NCBI GenBank assembly: GCA_963708295.1
Contig: CAVPSJ010000004.1
Coordinates: forward strand, 960,001 to 1,024,000
Direction: 5' to 3'
From: an uncultured delta proteobacterium
GTDB taxonomy: Bacteria; Desulfobacterota; BSN033; UBA1163
DNA length: 64,000 nt
Of the stretch, positions 50,369-60,320 are shown one piece after another. Under the pieces are notes generated by a model. The model did no database searches. It worked only from the letters and a program-made list of their open reading frames with translations, and was not told where the DNA came from. The translations under genes were made by a program, and so were the position numbers. Each line of letters starts with the position of its first letter. Position 1 is the stretch's first letter.

Positions 50369-50789
50369 GATTCGCTATCTTGTTGTGGGCGCCTATGCAG
50401 TAATGAAATACAGCGAGCCACGATTCACGAAAGATCTTGATCTATGGATAGCGACTGACCCAGAGAATGCAAATTCGGTGTATGTGGCGTTGAAGGAATT
50501 TGGTGCTCCACTGGCAAATCTTACAACAGATGACTTCACCCACCAGGATTACTTCTATCAGATGGGAATACCGCCTTTGCGGGTTGATATTATGATGTCG
50601 ATTCCGGGAGTCGAATTTGAAGAGGCATGGAAGAACCGTGAGGTCGTTGAATTGGATAACCTTAAGATTCCGTTTATTTCGAGATCTGACCTGATCCGGG
50701 CAAAGGAAGCGAGCGGAAGGCCGCAAGACAAGATTGATGTCGATAGACTCAAGGAAGCCGAACAATTGGATGCACTCGACGAGAAATAG
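50316..50789 (+). CDS. Minimal nucleotidyltransferase (DUF6036-like)
   Basis: YLVVGAYAV..RFTKDLDLW, KEASGRPQD. Confidence 0.8.
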   Translation: MLTNSDFRELLNLFEKHKIRYLVVGAYAVMKYSEPRFTKDLDLWIATDPENANSVYVALKEFGAPLANLTTDDFTHQDYFYQMGIPPLRVDIMMSIPGVEFEEAWKNREVVELDNLKIPFISRSDLIRAKEASGRPQDKIDVDRLKEAEQLDALDEK

Positions 50790-50840
50790 CGCACCGCTTC
50801 GCTTTGCGCCATTTCTCGCGAGTGATCCATGCCGTTCTGC
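50757..50840 (+). repeat. attC site 5
   Basis: GCCGAAC...GTTCTGC. Confidence 0.78.
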
Positions 50841-50904
50841 TCAAAGAAAGGTTTGCTTCTTGGCATGGATTGTGCTTGAATATGTATGAATGGAGGATGT
50901 TAAT

Positions 50905-51138
50905 ATGCCCGTTGTCGCCAAGAAAGTATTGGATGAAGCTTTGCAACTTCCGGCAGATGCCAGGGTGAATTTGGTAGAACACCTACTCACCAGCCTTAAC
51001 CTTCCCACGCAACCGGAAATTGACCAACTATGGGCCGAGGAAGCCGAAAAACGTATTGCCCAAATTGACAAAGGCGAAACAAAGCTTGTCCCAGGAAGGA
51101 AGGTTTTTTCTAATATCCGTAAGAAATACAGGCGATGA
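50905..51138 (+). CDS. Putative addiction-module antitoxin
   Basis: ALQLP..RVNLVEHLL..WAEEAEKR; upstream of a ParE/RelE toxin. Confidence 0.85.
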   Translation: MPVVAKKVLDEALQLPADARVNLVEHLLTSLNLPTQPEIDQLWAEEAEKRIAQIDKGETKLVPGRKVFSNIRKKYRR

Positions 51139-51473
51139 GAGTCTACTTTCACCCCGATGCCGAAGATGAATTGGATAAGGCTATAGAGTATTATGAGCAA
51201 TTACAGCCTGGGCTCGGTATTGAATTTGCGGAAGAAATTTATGCCACCATTACTCGTATTATTGAGTATCCGGATGCTTGGTCATCATTGTCCAAGAACT
51301 CCCGCCGTTGTCTAGTCAATCGCTTTCCATATGGAGTGGTATATCAGATCAAATCTCGTTCTCTCCGAATTATTGCGGTAGCCCATCTTCATCGCCGGCC
51401 AAGCTATTGGAAAGAAAGACTGGAGCAGAACAAGCGGCTCCAGCGGATCGCCAATAAACATGGCTCCCGCTGA
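51135..51473 (+). CDS. RelE/ParE-family toxin
   Basis: FHPDAEDE, RFPYGVVY, IIAVAHLHRRPSYW. Confidence 0.88.
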   Translation: MRVYFHPDAEDELDKAIEYYEQLQPGLGIEFAEEIYATITRIIEYPDAWSSLSKNSRRCLVNRFPYGVVYQIKSRSLRIIAVAHLHRRPSYWKERLEQNKRLQRIANKHGSR

Positions 51474-51488
51474 GCCATAGCGTTCGTT
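51425..51488 (+). repeat. attC site 6
   Basis: GCAGAAC...GTTCGTT; similar to attC7. Confidence 0.78.
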
Positions 51489-51509
51489 TCTTATATTGAT
51501 ATTGAGCGG

Positions 51510-51538
51510 TTGACGTTTTGACGTTATGGTGTTATAGT
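51510..51538 (+). promoter_or_regulatory. Cassette-internal sigma70 promoter with TGACGTT direct repeats
   Basis: TTGACG-N17-TATAGT upstream of the RHH antitoxin; repeats are a probable operator. Confidence 0.6.
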
Positions 51539-51565
51539 TACATACCTACACCCGGAGGTAAGATC

Positions 51566-51799
51566 ATGATTACACAAACCAAAAGGGCTACAGTATATTT
51601 GGACCCCGATTTACATAAAGCGTTACGGCTGAAGGCCGTAGAGACCTCCCGATCAATATCAGAGCTTGTCAATAATGCCATCAGAGAAGCCCTTGCAGAA
51701 GATGCCGAGGATATTGCGGCGTTTGAAGAAAGGGCTAGAGAGCCATTGATTAGCTATGACGAAATGGTCAAAAGGCTAAAGAGAGATGGCCGCATATAA
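51566..51799 (+). CDS. CopG/RHH antitoxin
   Basis: KRATVYLDPDLHKALRLKA..SISELVN. Confidence 0.88.
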   Translation: MITQTKRATVYLDPDLHKALRLKAVETSRSISELVNNAIREALAEDAEDIAAFEERAREPLISYDEMVKRLKRDGRI

Positions 51800-52043
51800 A
51801 GTTCATTTCAAAGCATCTGTTGAGAAAGACTTCACCACAATACCCAAGAAAGATTTGAAGAAGATCCTCAAGCGTATTGAGGGACTCGCCGAGAACCCAA
51901 GGCCATCGGGTTGCGAAAAGCTGACAGGTCAAGAAAGGTATCGACTCCGTCAAGGACGGTATCGAATCGTCTATTCGATCCAAGACGATGAACTCACAGT
52001 TTGGGTAGTCAAAGTGGGACATCGTAAAGACATTTATCGGTGA
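51786..52043 (+). CDS. RelE-family toxin
   Basis: NPRPSGCEKL, YRLRQGRYRIVY, VGHRKDIY. Confidence 0.92.
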   Translation: MAAYKVHFKASVEKDFTTIPKKDLKKILKRIEGLAENPRPSGCEKLTGQERYRLRQGRYRIVYSIQDDELTVWVVKVGHRKDIYR

Positions 52044-52107
52044 AGCGAACAAACGGCTGCACCGGATCGCCAATAAATCCGGCTTCCGATGATGCCCATC
52101 GTTGCCC
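52044..52107 (+). repeat. attC site 7
   Basis: AGCGAAC...GTTGCCC. Confidence 0.7.
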
Positions 52108-52155
52108 GCGCACGTCATGCATATCTTAGAGGCCGTAAACAAAGTGCTGGATAAG

Positions 52156-52722
52156 ATGACCGGACAGAAGATGGTTTGCCCGTGGTGGTTGTGTTTCACC
52201 TTTGACAATCCCTTGCGTAAACTTCTTCATAATCCCGAAGCCATACTCAGCCCCTATGTCCGCCCCGGGAACACCGTTATCGATATCGGCCCCGGCATGG
52301 GTTATTTCTCCATTCCCCTTGCGAGATTGGTCGGGCCAACAGGCCGTGTGATTGCGATTGACGTTCAGGCCAAAATGCTCGAAGCACTCGCAAACCGAGC
52401 CCGCAGAAGTGGAGTCTCAGAAAGAATCCAACCCCATCTCGCATCCCCGGATTCTCTCGGTAATCATCCGAAGGTCGATTTTGTTATGGCCTTTTGGATG
52501 GTTCACGAGGTTCCGGATCAACGAACATTTCTCGCAGAAATATTGGGGTTTCTAAAATCCAAGGGGCTCTTCCTTCTCGCGGAACCCATTTTCCACGTGC
52601 CTAAGAAGAGCTTTCTTCGGACCGTACAAACCGCAAATGAAATCGGTTTCATCGTAAAAGATATGCCGAAAATACGCCTAAGTCATAGTGTTCTTTTTAC
52701 GCGCAATGGAAACAGCCTCTAA
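52156..52722 (+). CDS. Class I SAM-dependent methyltransferase
   Basis: VCPWW, VIDIGPGMG, VHEVPD; start uncertain. Confidence 0.88.
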   Translation: MTGQKMVCPWWLCFTFDNPLRKLLHNPEAILSPYVRPGNTVIDIGPGMGYFSIPLARLVGPTGRVIAIDVQAKMLEALANRARRSGVSERIQPHLASPDSLGNHPKVDFVMAFWMVHEVPDQRTFLAEILGFLKSKGLFLLAEPIFHVPKKSFLRTVQTANEIGFIVKDMPKIRLSHSVLFTRNGNSL

Positions 52723-52752
52723 TCTAAAGCAAACATAATAAATGAAATGACA

Positions 52753-53847
52753 TCACCCCCTCCCTAGCCCTCCCCCCTCGAGGGGGAGGGGAGGGTGGGG
52801 GGAGAAGCCAACGGACTTCCTGTGGATTGAAAGTTCTTCTCCTTGAGTTTGAAGCCCGAGGGTGCCTCTCGGTAATTCCTTTCTCCCATCGATCAAGATA
52901 TCGCTAAGGTTGAAGCGTTTCTTCAGCTTTAGAATATTTTCATTCTTCTGGCCCCTGAGATTTGAAATCTCTTTGGGATGGCAAAAGAACAGGGCTGGCT
53001 CTTTTTTATGAGAGATTTGGAGTAGGGACGCCGCCATGTCAAAAAAAATAGCCGCATCAACAAGCTGGCGGAGAGCTGGATGATAAGGGCCAGCAAGAAA
53101 ATTCCTCTCTAACTCATCGGTGGGCTGGAGACCCATGCGGGCGACTGAGAGGGATGAATTTTCAAGCCTCGCCAGTCCTCTCTTCAGCCAATCGATCGTT
53201 TCATCCATTGAAAGAGGAGTATATCTGCCTTCCCTCCAGAGGTCTTCAAGAGGAGCCCCGTTGAGGACCAGTGTGGGATGGATTCTCACGAAATCGGGTT
53301 TGAGCTCGATGACCCGGTCGAGGGTTTGGAGGAAGCGATCGCAAGTGTCACCCGGTAATCCAATCATGAGCTGATGGCCAACCTCGAATCCCCATTGCTT
53401 TAGTCGTAACGTAGCAGAAGCCGTATCTTCTGCGCGATGGCCCCGAAGGGCGAGGGAAAGGACTTCATCGATCATGGACTGCACTCCGACTTCAATCGTC
53501 TTGATCCCATATTCCTTGAGCAGGAAGAGGGTCTCTTCATCTAGGGCATCGGGTCGGGTGGAGACGCGGATGGAATCGATCAAACCGGAGGCGATGAAAG
53601 GCTGAACTTCTGTCAGATAACGAATCTGATCATCCCGATCGATGGCCGTGAAACTTCCGCCATAGAAGGCAACCTGTTTTTCTCTGTTTTTCTTATTGGA
53701 AGGGATTTGGACCAGGGAAGTCTCTATAAAGTTTCGAACGGAAGAGGGGGAGAAGAGCCGTTCGCTCGAAGCCTTCTGATTGCAGAAAAGACAGCGCTCA
53801 CGACAACCGAGATTGGGAAGGAAAATGGGGATAATCAAAGGCGGCAT
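52753..53847 (-). CDS. Elp3-like radical SAM protein
   Basis: GCRERCLFCNQ, AFYGGSFT, STRPD, AGPYHPA. Confidence 0.88.
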   Translation of the reverse strand: MPPLIIPIFLPNLGCRERCLFCNQKASSERLFSPSSVRNFIETSLVQIPSNKKNREKQVAFYGGSFTAIDRDDQIRYLTEVQPFIASGLIDSIRVSTRPDALDEETLFLLKEYGIKTIEVGVQSMIDEVLSLALRGHRAEDTASATLRLKQWGFEVGHQLMIGLPGDTCDRFLQTLDRVIELKPDFVRIHPTLVLNGAPLEDLWREGRYTPLSMDETIDWLKRGLARLENSSLSVARMGLQPTDELERNFLAGPYHPALRQLVDAAIFFDMAASLLQISHKKEPALFFCHPKEISNLRGQKNENILKLKKRFNLSDILIDGRKELPRGTLGLQTQGEELSIHRKSVGFSPHPPLPLEGGGLGRG

Positions 53848-53854
53848 CGCTACT

Positions 53855-53996
53855 TTTCAAATCCTAAATCCGAGTATCGAAACCCGAAACAATTACCAAA
53901 TCCAAATAACCAATCTCGAAATTCTCTATTCGTTTGGATGATTGGTATTTCGGACATTCGAATTTGTTTCGGATTTCGTGCTTAGAGTTTCGAATT
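53855..53996. repeat. CGAAAT/TTTCGA-rich palindromic repeat (family B)
   Basis: AAATCCGA..CGAAAC..TTTCGGATTTCG arms; related copy at 62550-62710. Confidence 0.6.
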
Positions 53997-54687
53997 TTTT
54001 CATTGCGTCTTTGGCAGCTTCCTGCTCCGCCTCTTTCTTGCTTTTTCCCCATCCCAGCCCCTTCACCTCATCCCCGATCGAAACGGATGCCTGGAATCTC
54101 TTATCGTGATCCGGTCCGGACTCATTCATCACCCGATACTGGGGAGACAATCCATGAAACTGCTGGGAATATATCTGCAGAAGGCTTTTGAAATCATCGA
54201 ACAGTTCGGAGGGCGTGTTGGTTTGAAGATAAGTCTCGAAATGTCCTTTGATAAGGTCTAACGCCTGATCGAAACCTGAATCCATAAAGATGGCTCCCAC
54301 CAGGGCTTCGTAGGTATTGGCCAGGATGGAGGATTTTTGCGTCCCTCCGTTCAGCTGCTGGCTTTTCCCGAGGAGAAGGTAGCCTTCCAACTGAAGTTCC
54401 CTGGAGAGAGACGCGAGGGAGCTCCTTTTGACCAATTGGGACCTGAGCATGGAGAGGGTTCCTTCCTGGGCCTCAGGAGATTTGAGGAAGAGGAGGTAGC
54501 TGACCGCGAGATTGAGGACCGAATCCCCGAGAAATTCCAAAACCTCATTGGCCGTTTTTTCAGGATGATTGGTCTCATAGATAAACGACTTATGAGTCAG
54601 CGCCTGATCGAGCCATTTGATTTCTTTGAACCGATAACCCAGACGGCACTCCAACGCTTGAAGGGTTGCCAGCCTTTCTTCGTCCAC
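53926..54687 (-). CDS. rnc: Ribonuclease III
   Basis: ALTHKS, NEVLEFLGDSVL, EALVGAI, dsRBD GKSKKEAEQ. Confidence 0.95.
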   Translation of the reverse strand: MDEERLATLQALECRLGYRFKEIKWLDQALTHKSFIYETNHPEKTANEVLEFLGDSVLNLAVSYLLFLKSPEAQEGTLSMLRSQLVKRSSLASLSRELQLEGYLLLGKSQQLNGGTQKSSILANTYEALVGAIFMDSGFDQALDLIKGHFETYLQTNTPSELFDDFKSLLQIYSQQFHGLSPQYRVMNESGPDHDKRFQASVSIGDEVKGLGWGKSKKEAEQEAAKDAMKKFETLSTKSETNSNVRNTNHPNE

Positions 54688-54688
54688 G

Positions 54689-56038
54689 TTATTTCTCCAA
54701 GACTTTTCCGATCACACCTTTTTCAGACAGTCTGGTTACCCGAACGGTGCATTCCTGATTACCCCCGTCCCCCCCATCCCGATGTTTTCCCGCTCCGTTT
54801 CCATTGTCGAGCAGAACAGGAATGTAATTCCTGGAAAGCCCCTTTCCTCTCCCGGTTTCTTTTTCTTCACGGTTTTCGACCAGGACACTCAACTCTTGAT
54901 TAAGAAACTGGCGATAGAAGGTCTGGCGTTTCTCTCTCCCCAACCCCCTCATCGCTTCAGCCCTCCTTTTGATCTCTTTCTCATTTACCCTCTGTGGATA
55001 TTCGAATGCAGGGGTTCCCTTTCTCCTGGAAAAGGGGAAGACGTGAAGATAGGAGAAGGGCAGAGAGTCAACCAGATCATAGGTGTGCTTAAATTTCTCC
55101 TCTGTCTCTCCAGGAAATCCTACGATCACATCCGCTCCGATTGAGATCTTTGAGATTCTCAGGTGAAGTTCCCGGGCGAGATCCGAGAGGAAAGAACGGT
55201 CATAGTCTCTATACATCCTTTTCAATACGTCGTCGTCTCCGCTCTGGATGGGGATGTGAAGGTGGGGGCAGATCTTCTGGGATTCCGAAAGAGCGGAGAT
55301 CAATTCTGGAGAGAAGTCTCCCGGCTCGATCGAACTGAATCGGACTCGATCAGGAGTCTCTTCTTTCTCGATCTGCCTGATCAACTTTTCCAAAGAGAAG
55401 GGAGGGTGGAGGTCCAATCCGTAAGCGCCCAGGTGGATGCCGGTGAGGACGACTTCTATAAATCCCTTCGCTTTCAATATCCTCAGGTTTTCAGTCACTC
55501 TGTCCGGCGGGAGGCTTCTCGACCGACCCCTGGCATGAGGAACAATACAATAAGAACAGCGGGCATTACAGCCATCCTGGATTTTTAGAAAGGCACGGGT
55601 GTGGAGATGGAAGGAATCAAGAGGGGTCTCCGAAAAGAGTCTCTCTTTCTGAATATCATCCACGTGCACCCTTGGAAATTCACCTTCTTGCATCAAAGGG
55701 AGAAGTTCCGGAATCCGGCCCTTTTCTCCGTTTCCCACCAGGTAATGCACGCCCGGCATGTTCAAAAAAACATCCGTTTCCACCTGTGGGTAACATCCGG
55801 TGACAATGATCAAAGAATTCGGATTGGTTCGGGAGGCCCTCCGCACCAGCTGCCTCGATTGAAAATCGGCCCGGTGGGTGACGGTGCACGTATTGATCAG
55901 GGTGATGTCCGCGCCTTCCTCGAAGGGCACGACCGTATACGCTCTCTGCACGAGGGCATCGATCAGAGCCTCGGACTCGAACTGATTCACTTTACATCCG
56001 AGCGTGGCAACAGAAACAGTAGTCATTTTCGAATTCAA
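54689..56038 (-). CDS. mtaB: tRNA t6A methylthiotransferase MtaB
   Basis: TLGCKVNQFES, NTCTVT, KIQDGCNARCSYC, HVFPFSRRKGT. Confidence 0.92.
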   Translation of the reverse strand: MNSKMTTVSVATLGCKVNQFESEALIDALVQRAYTVVPFEEGADITLINTCTVTHRADFQSRQLVRRASRTNPNSLIIVTGCYPQVETDVFLNMPGVHYLVGNGEKGRIPELLPLMQEGEFPRVHVDDIQKERLFSETPLDSFHLHTRAFLKIQDGCNARCSYCIVPHARGRSRSLPPDRVTENLRILKAKGFIEVVLTGIHLGAYGLDLHPPFSLEKLIRQIEKEETPDRVRFSSIEPGDFSPELISALSESQKICPHLHIPIQSGDDDVLKRMYRDYDRSFLSDLARELHLRISKISIGADVIVGFPGETEEKFKHTYDLVDSLPFSYLHVFPFSRRKGTPAFEYPQRVNEKEIKRRAEAMRGLGREKRQTFYRQFLNQELSVLVENREEKETGRGKGLSRNYIPVLLDNGNGAGKHRDGGDGGNQECTVRVTRLSEKGVIGKVLEK

Positions 56039-56059
56039 GCGGAACGAATTCTAACGGTG

Positions 56060-56782
56060 TCAAATCCGGGTCAGCCTGATCTTTCCCCAGACCCCCATCT
56101 TTTCCTCAACGATGATGAGCGTTCCCAATATCCCTTCGATTTCTCTGGCCCTCCCCAGACCGAGGGAAATATCGTTTTTTCCCTTGACGACGTTTCCGAC
56201 CGCCGTGGCCGCTGCATCGGCGAGGGCGGAAGATTTCGAGAGAATGCAAACCGCATTCGCCTTTCCAAAGCTGAGGGAAGGGCCTACCGTTCCTGAAGAG
56301 GTGCAGACACCGAGGGGGGTCTCCTCGGGCGAGATCACAATCCCTATTTTAAGACTGAGGGGAGAATCTCCCGCATAGATCCCGATGGTCCGCTCCTTGG
56401 AGCTGGCGAGATAGATATCCCCGCCATTTTCAACGATTACCTCGTTAGAGAGATTCAGCAGATCTTTTGAAACCAGATCGGCCATGGCTCCGGCAACAGT
56501 AGCCATCGGACCCACACCGGCCCGTTGGGAGGCCCGGAACATCTCTTTGACGATTTCCGGAGCATAAGGATCTTCTGGAAGAGGAACGAGGCTTTGTTGA
56601 AATCCGGGGTTCACCGCGACGTACGTTTCGAGCTGGTGACGATACTTCAATACGGACTCTCTCGTCTCCTTGGAAAGGTCGCGCTCTGCCCGGACGAGGA
56701 GGTCGGTTTCCTTGACAACGACCTCAAATTTAATAAGATCATCGGTTTTCACCAAATCCCGGTAGGTTCTTTTTTCATACAT
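56060..56782 (-). CDS. UPF0280 (ApbE-like) protein
   Basis: VGPMATVAGA, ENGGD, CTSSGTVG, ADAAAT. Confidence 0.88.
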   Translation of the reverse strand: MYEKRTYRDLVKTDDLIKFEVVVKETDLLVRAERDLSKETRESVLKYRHQLETYVAVNPGFQQSLVPLPEDPYAPEIVKEMFRASQRAGVGPMATVAGAMADLVSKDLLNLSNEVIVENGGDIYLASSKERTIGIYAGDSPLSLKIGIVISPEETPLGVCTSSGTVGPSLSFGKANAVCILSKSSALADAAATAVGNVVKGKNDISLGLGRAREIEGILGTLIIVEEKMGVWGKIRLTRI

Positions 56783-56907
56783 CTTGATCTTTCTTCGACC
56801 CCTTTAACGATGAATGAACCATTATGATACCCAAACACATTGGGTGTCAAATGATTTGAAGGTTTGATTTCTTGCATTCGACACCTCACAGGATATAAAA
56901 TTTCGTT

Positions 56908-57435
56908 ATGGACACAGGTCTCCTTCCGGCAGATAAAGTATTAAGAAAAAAAGTTATCCTCTTCCTTCTAGTGGTCATACTCGCCTCCATTGTCCTTGAA
57001 CCTCATTTCAAAGCTTATATGCACCAAATCGATCAATTATCTGAGAAAGACCCGGAACGAGCCCTTGAGAAAACGATGCTCCTGCTCAAATGGAGTTTGA
57101 GAATCGTCTTTTTCTCTCTCTTGGGCATGGGAGCTTATCTCATCCTCCTTGCAAGGAGAACCTTGAGATCAGGCCAATACCCCCCACCCGGCATGAGGGT
57201 GATCAGGGATACGAGACTGCGAACAGAGAATCAAGCCAAAAGGGCAGCCCTCTCTCTGATCGCCCTTGCCTCCTTCCTTATTGTCGCTGCCTTTTTATTC
57301 TTATATTGGCCATACGCCTTTGAAAAAACGTTATTGAAAAAGAAAGGCTCCAATGAGAAAATAAACATATCCTTACAAACGCAATTAACTCATCGTCGTT
57401 CCCAAATTCGAGATTCCGAAACAAGTTCGGAATGA
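56908..57435 (+). CDS. Hypothetical membrane protein
   Basis: Three hydrophobic segments; GQYPPPG. Confidence 0.7.
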   Translation: MDTGLLPADKVLRKKVILFLLVVILASIVLEPHFKAYMHQIDQLSEKDPERALEKTMLLLKWSLRIVFFSLLGMGAYLILLARRTLRSGQYPPPGMRVIRDTRLRTENQAKRAALSLIALASFLIVAAFLFLYWPYAFEKTLLKKKGSNEKINISLQTQLTHRRSQIRDSETSSE

Positions 57436-57517
57436 CATACTTTTTCTTGTCCTGCTAAACTGGTTTCAGCATCTTATTTAATGCGTTTGTATAAGTTAAG
57501 AAAGGAGGCGATTTCAA

Positions 57518-57832
57518 ATGAAGGGATTAAGAATGGCTGTGTTTGGTCTGGTTTGTTTCGGTCTTATGTTTGCACTTGCCTTTGCAGCCGGTAATGCGGA
57601 GAAGGGAAAGGCTCTTTTTAACGATCCGAAGCTCGGCGGAAGCACCGCCGGATTGTCATGCAACGCATGCCATCAGGATGGAAAAGGAGTGGAAAAAGCT
57701 GCTGACAGGAAGGACCTCGAGAAGCAGGTCAACGCGTGTATCAAGAATGCGCTCAAAGGGAAGGGAATCGATCCGAAATCCGCTGAGATGGCAGATATCG
57801 TTGCCTACATCAGGTCTCTAAGAAAGAAATAG
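57518..57832 (+). CDS. Monoheme cytochrome c
   Basis: Signal peptide, GKALF, CNACH. Confidence 0.88.
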   Translation: MKGLRMAVFGLVCFGLMFALAFAAGNAEKGKALFNDPKLGGSTAGLSCNACHQDGKGVEKAADRKDLEKQVNACIKNALKGKGIDPKSAEMADIVAYIRSLRKK

Positions 57833-57834
57833 CG

Positions 57835-58797
57835 TCAAACCGGGGTGCGGGCGGAAAAAGTTTCCAGGGCCCAGGCCACTCTCGTCTCCGGTGTCGCAAA
57901 AACTCCGGGACGTGCTTTATCGATGAGATCGAGACGCCTGAGGAGCCCCGTCTGGTTTGCAATCTGAATCTGGAGCCCTGGCCGTGCATTCATCTCGAGC
58001 AGAAGGGGCCCTTGCTCCTGATCGATCACCAGATCCACACCCAGGTAATTAAGGCCGGTCATATCAACCGCTTTAGCCGCGATGACGAGCATCCTCTCCC
58101 AGTGAGGCACCTGTATCCCCGTCACGGGCTTATGGGTGTCGGGGTGGTGAGTCACGACGCCGGATCGATGAACGCCAGCCAGGGTGGTTCCCCCCGCCAT
58201 ATCGATTCCAACGCCGATCGCCCCGCGATGAAGATTGGCCTTCCCGTCGGAAGCTTGTGTCGGAAGGCGAACCATACTCATCGCCGGCACGCCGCGATAG
58301 ACGATGATTCTTATGTCCGGGACGCCGCAATAGGTCACCGCATCGAAGATCGTATCGGGATGAACGAGTCCTTCGATGAAGGCCCGGTCCTCGAGCCCTT
58401 CGAGAGAATAGATTCCCGACAGGATGTCGGAGATGTGGTAAGAAAGGTCTTTCATCAGGATGATCTCACCGTTTTGCTTGACAAAACCTCCTGCCGAACG
58501 CTCCTTGACAAGGACAATACCACTTCCCCCGGCGCCCCGAGCGGGTTTGATTACGAAATCTCGGTAGCTCACCAGCTCTCGTTCGAATGTGGAAATATCC
58601 CCATGATGCTCGATCACATGGTACAAACGCGGGGTTGGAATCTGATGCGCTTCTGCCAGTTGTTTTGTTTTGAGCTTGTCGTCCACAAGAGGGAAAAGGG
58701 ATCGGGGATTGGAACGCATGATGAATTGGGCATTCCGACAATTCATCCCGAGCACTCCCACCTTTCGAAGCCGGCGGATGGTTTCCAGGATGGTCAT
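57835..58797 (-). CDS. Alpha-L-glutamate ligase-like ATP-grasp protein (RimK-related)
   Basis: VLGMNCRN, VDDKL, GVPDIR, GKANLHRG, EMNARPGL. Confidence 0.9.
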   Translation of the reverse strand: MTILETIRRLRKVGVLGMNCRNAQFIMRSNPRSLFPLVDDKLKTKQLAEAHQIPTPRLYHVIEHHGDISTFERELVSYRDFVIKPARGAGGSGIVLVKERSAGGFVKQNGEIILMKDLSYHISDILSGIYSLEGLEDRAFIEGLVHPDTIFDAVTYCGVPDIRIIVYRGVPAMSMVRLPTQASDGKANLHRGAIGVGIDMAGGTTLAGVHRSGVVTHHPDTHKPVTGIQVPHWERMLVIAAKAVDMTGLNYLGVDLVIDQEQGPLLLEMNARPGLQIQIANQTGLLRRLDLIDKARPGVFATPETRVAWALETFSARTPV

Positions 58798-60320
58798 GAC
58801 TTCCAAAGCCTCCGGAAACGGAAGATCTCCAAAAGCCGATAGCCGGTATAGCGGCCCACAAGCACTTGAGCCGCTGCGACGGCAAACAGGAGTTCAGGAT
58901 AGACAAAGAAAGTGAGTTGAAGGGATTCAAATTGAAGAATCTTGTAGGTAATCACCGCAACCCCGGCACTCCCTGCTGCCATCCAGAGTCCTTCCCGAAC
59001 GCCTGACTCCTCTGTAATGACAAAGAAGCGTTCGATCGTCATCGTGAGAATGACAAAGGGGAGTAATCCAACCGCCATGAATTCCCGGAGGTCGAGCTTG
59101 TTTCCGATCAGGGCAAAGCCGGTAATGCAGATGATGACAAACGTCAGGATCACCGACAGCCGCGGGACAAGGAGCAGACGGAGCTTATCAATCCAGCGAC
59201 GGATCGCATATCCGATCAAGACGACTCCCCAGAAGATCCCGAGCCCGTAAGCCAGACCCGTATTTCGAAAAGCGAGGGCCATGAGAACGGGCAAAAAAAT
59301 CCCGAAGGTTGGAAAACCGACGATATTACGCAAGAGGCAAATCATCAGGGCGCCGATCGGAACCAGCATGAGAATGCGGAAAGTAGCCTGAAACTCTTCC
59401 GGCAGGCGAAACAGCGACCAGCGGTCGAGCCATCGATCTGAGCGCATGATGCGCTCGAACCGCATACGCCATTGATTAATGATCTGGCGGCTCAATGTCC
59501 AGCGGATCTGTGAAACTTCTCCGTGGAGTGCGCGGGCAGCGGGGTATCCCCCGGTGGTGAGCGGAAGCAGTGAAACAGGTTTTTGATAAACTTCTCCTTT
59601 CTCGGGATAGAGAGTCTCCCGGTCTTGCCCCGTCCATACTTCGATCCAGGTTACGGTTGTGTTTGTTACGGTCTCAGCGAGCGGCAAGCCCTCGACCACT
59701 TGGGCGGCTAGCCCGGCCGCCCGCAGCAAGACAAGAGAAGCTATGACCCGTCCGTGTTTATTCTGAAAGGCCGACCAGGCCTGGAGTTCTTGCGCATCCG
59801 GGAGCGGGGTTCCCCAGGATCCATTCAGTGCAGCAGCGATGTGTTGGACTCGGTCCGCCGGCGGCAGGGGGGCCCATTTTTCCACCAGACCCCTTGCCAG
59901 CTTCTGCTCCGCCTCCCCGACATTGCTTGGATAGGGCCCAAGCTTAGGCGGTTTGATTTTGAGGAGACGTTCAGGTCTGAACTGGATCGATGAACTGTAT
60001 CGTATGACCTCGCCTCTCGGGTCGATATGCCCGGACCAGACGCCAACCTGGTTTGGTCCGTCACGAAGAAGATTGAAATTGAGTGTCCCAGAGTGGATAT
60101 CCTCGGCAACCACGAGCAGCCCTTTCTGCGTGGAAGGGAGTCCGATCATCACCGTCGTTTCTTTTTCGCCACCCTTGACGTGGGCATCCATAGACAGTTG
60201 CCATACCTTCTCTGGTGCCGCAGGAAAGATGGGATATTTAAGCCAGAGGATACGGTAGCCGATGAGAGCGACGGAGAGGATCAGGAGTGCCACCGCCAGG
60301 AGGAGGGCAGGGCGCTTCAT
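58794..60320 (-). CDS. Inactive-transglutaminase/7TM membrane protein
   Basis: GFPTFGIFLPVL, LLVPRLS, TMTIER, GRYTGYRL. Confidence 0.88.
   Translation of the reverse strand: MKRPALLLAVALLILSVALIGYRILWLKYPIFPAAPEKVWQLSMDAHVKGGEKETTVMIGLPSTQKGLLVVAEDIHSGTLNFNLLRDGPNQVGVWSGHIDPRGEVIRYSSSIQFRPERLLKIKPPKLGPYPSNVGEAEQKLARGLVEKWAPLPPADRVQHIAAALNGSWGTPLPDAQELQAWSAFQNKHGRVIASLVLLRAAGLAAQVVEGLPLAETVTNTTVTWIEVWTGQDRETLYPEKGEVYQKPVSLLPLTTGGYPAARALHGEVSQIRWTLSRQIINQWRMRFERIMRSDRWLDRWSLFRLPEEFQATFRILMLVPIGALMICLLRNIVGFPTFGIFLPVLMALAFRNTGLAYGLGIFWGVVLIGYAIRRWIDKLRLLLVPRLSVILTFVIICITGFALIGNKLDLREFMAVGLLPFVILTMTIERFFVITEESGVREGLWMAAGSAGVAVITYKILQFESLQLTFFVYPELLFAVAAAQVLVGRYTGYRLLEIFRFRRLWKS

Noticed and set aside
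47774-52107. CRISPR array
   Set aside because: Repeats are non-identical, gene-spaced imperfect palindromes with attC cores; no cas genes.
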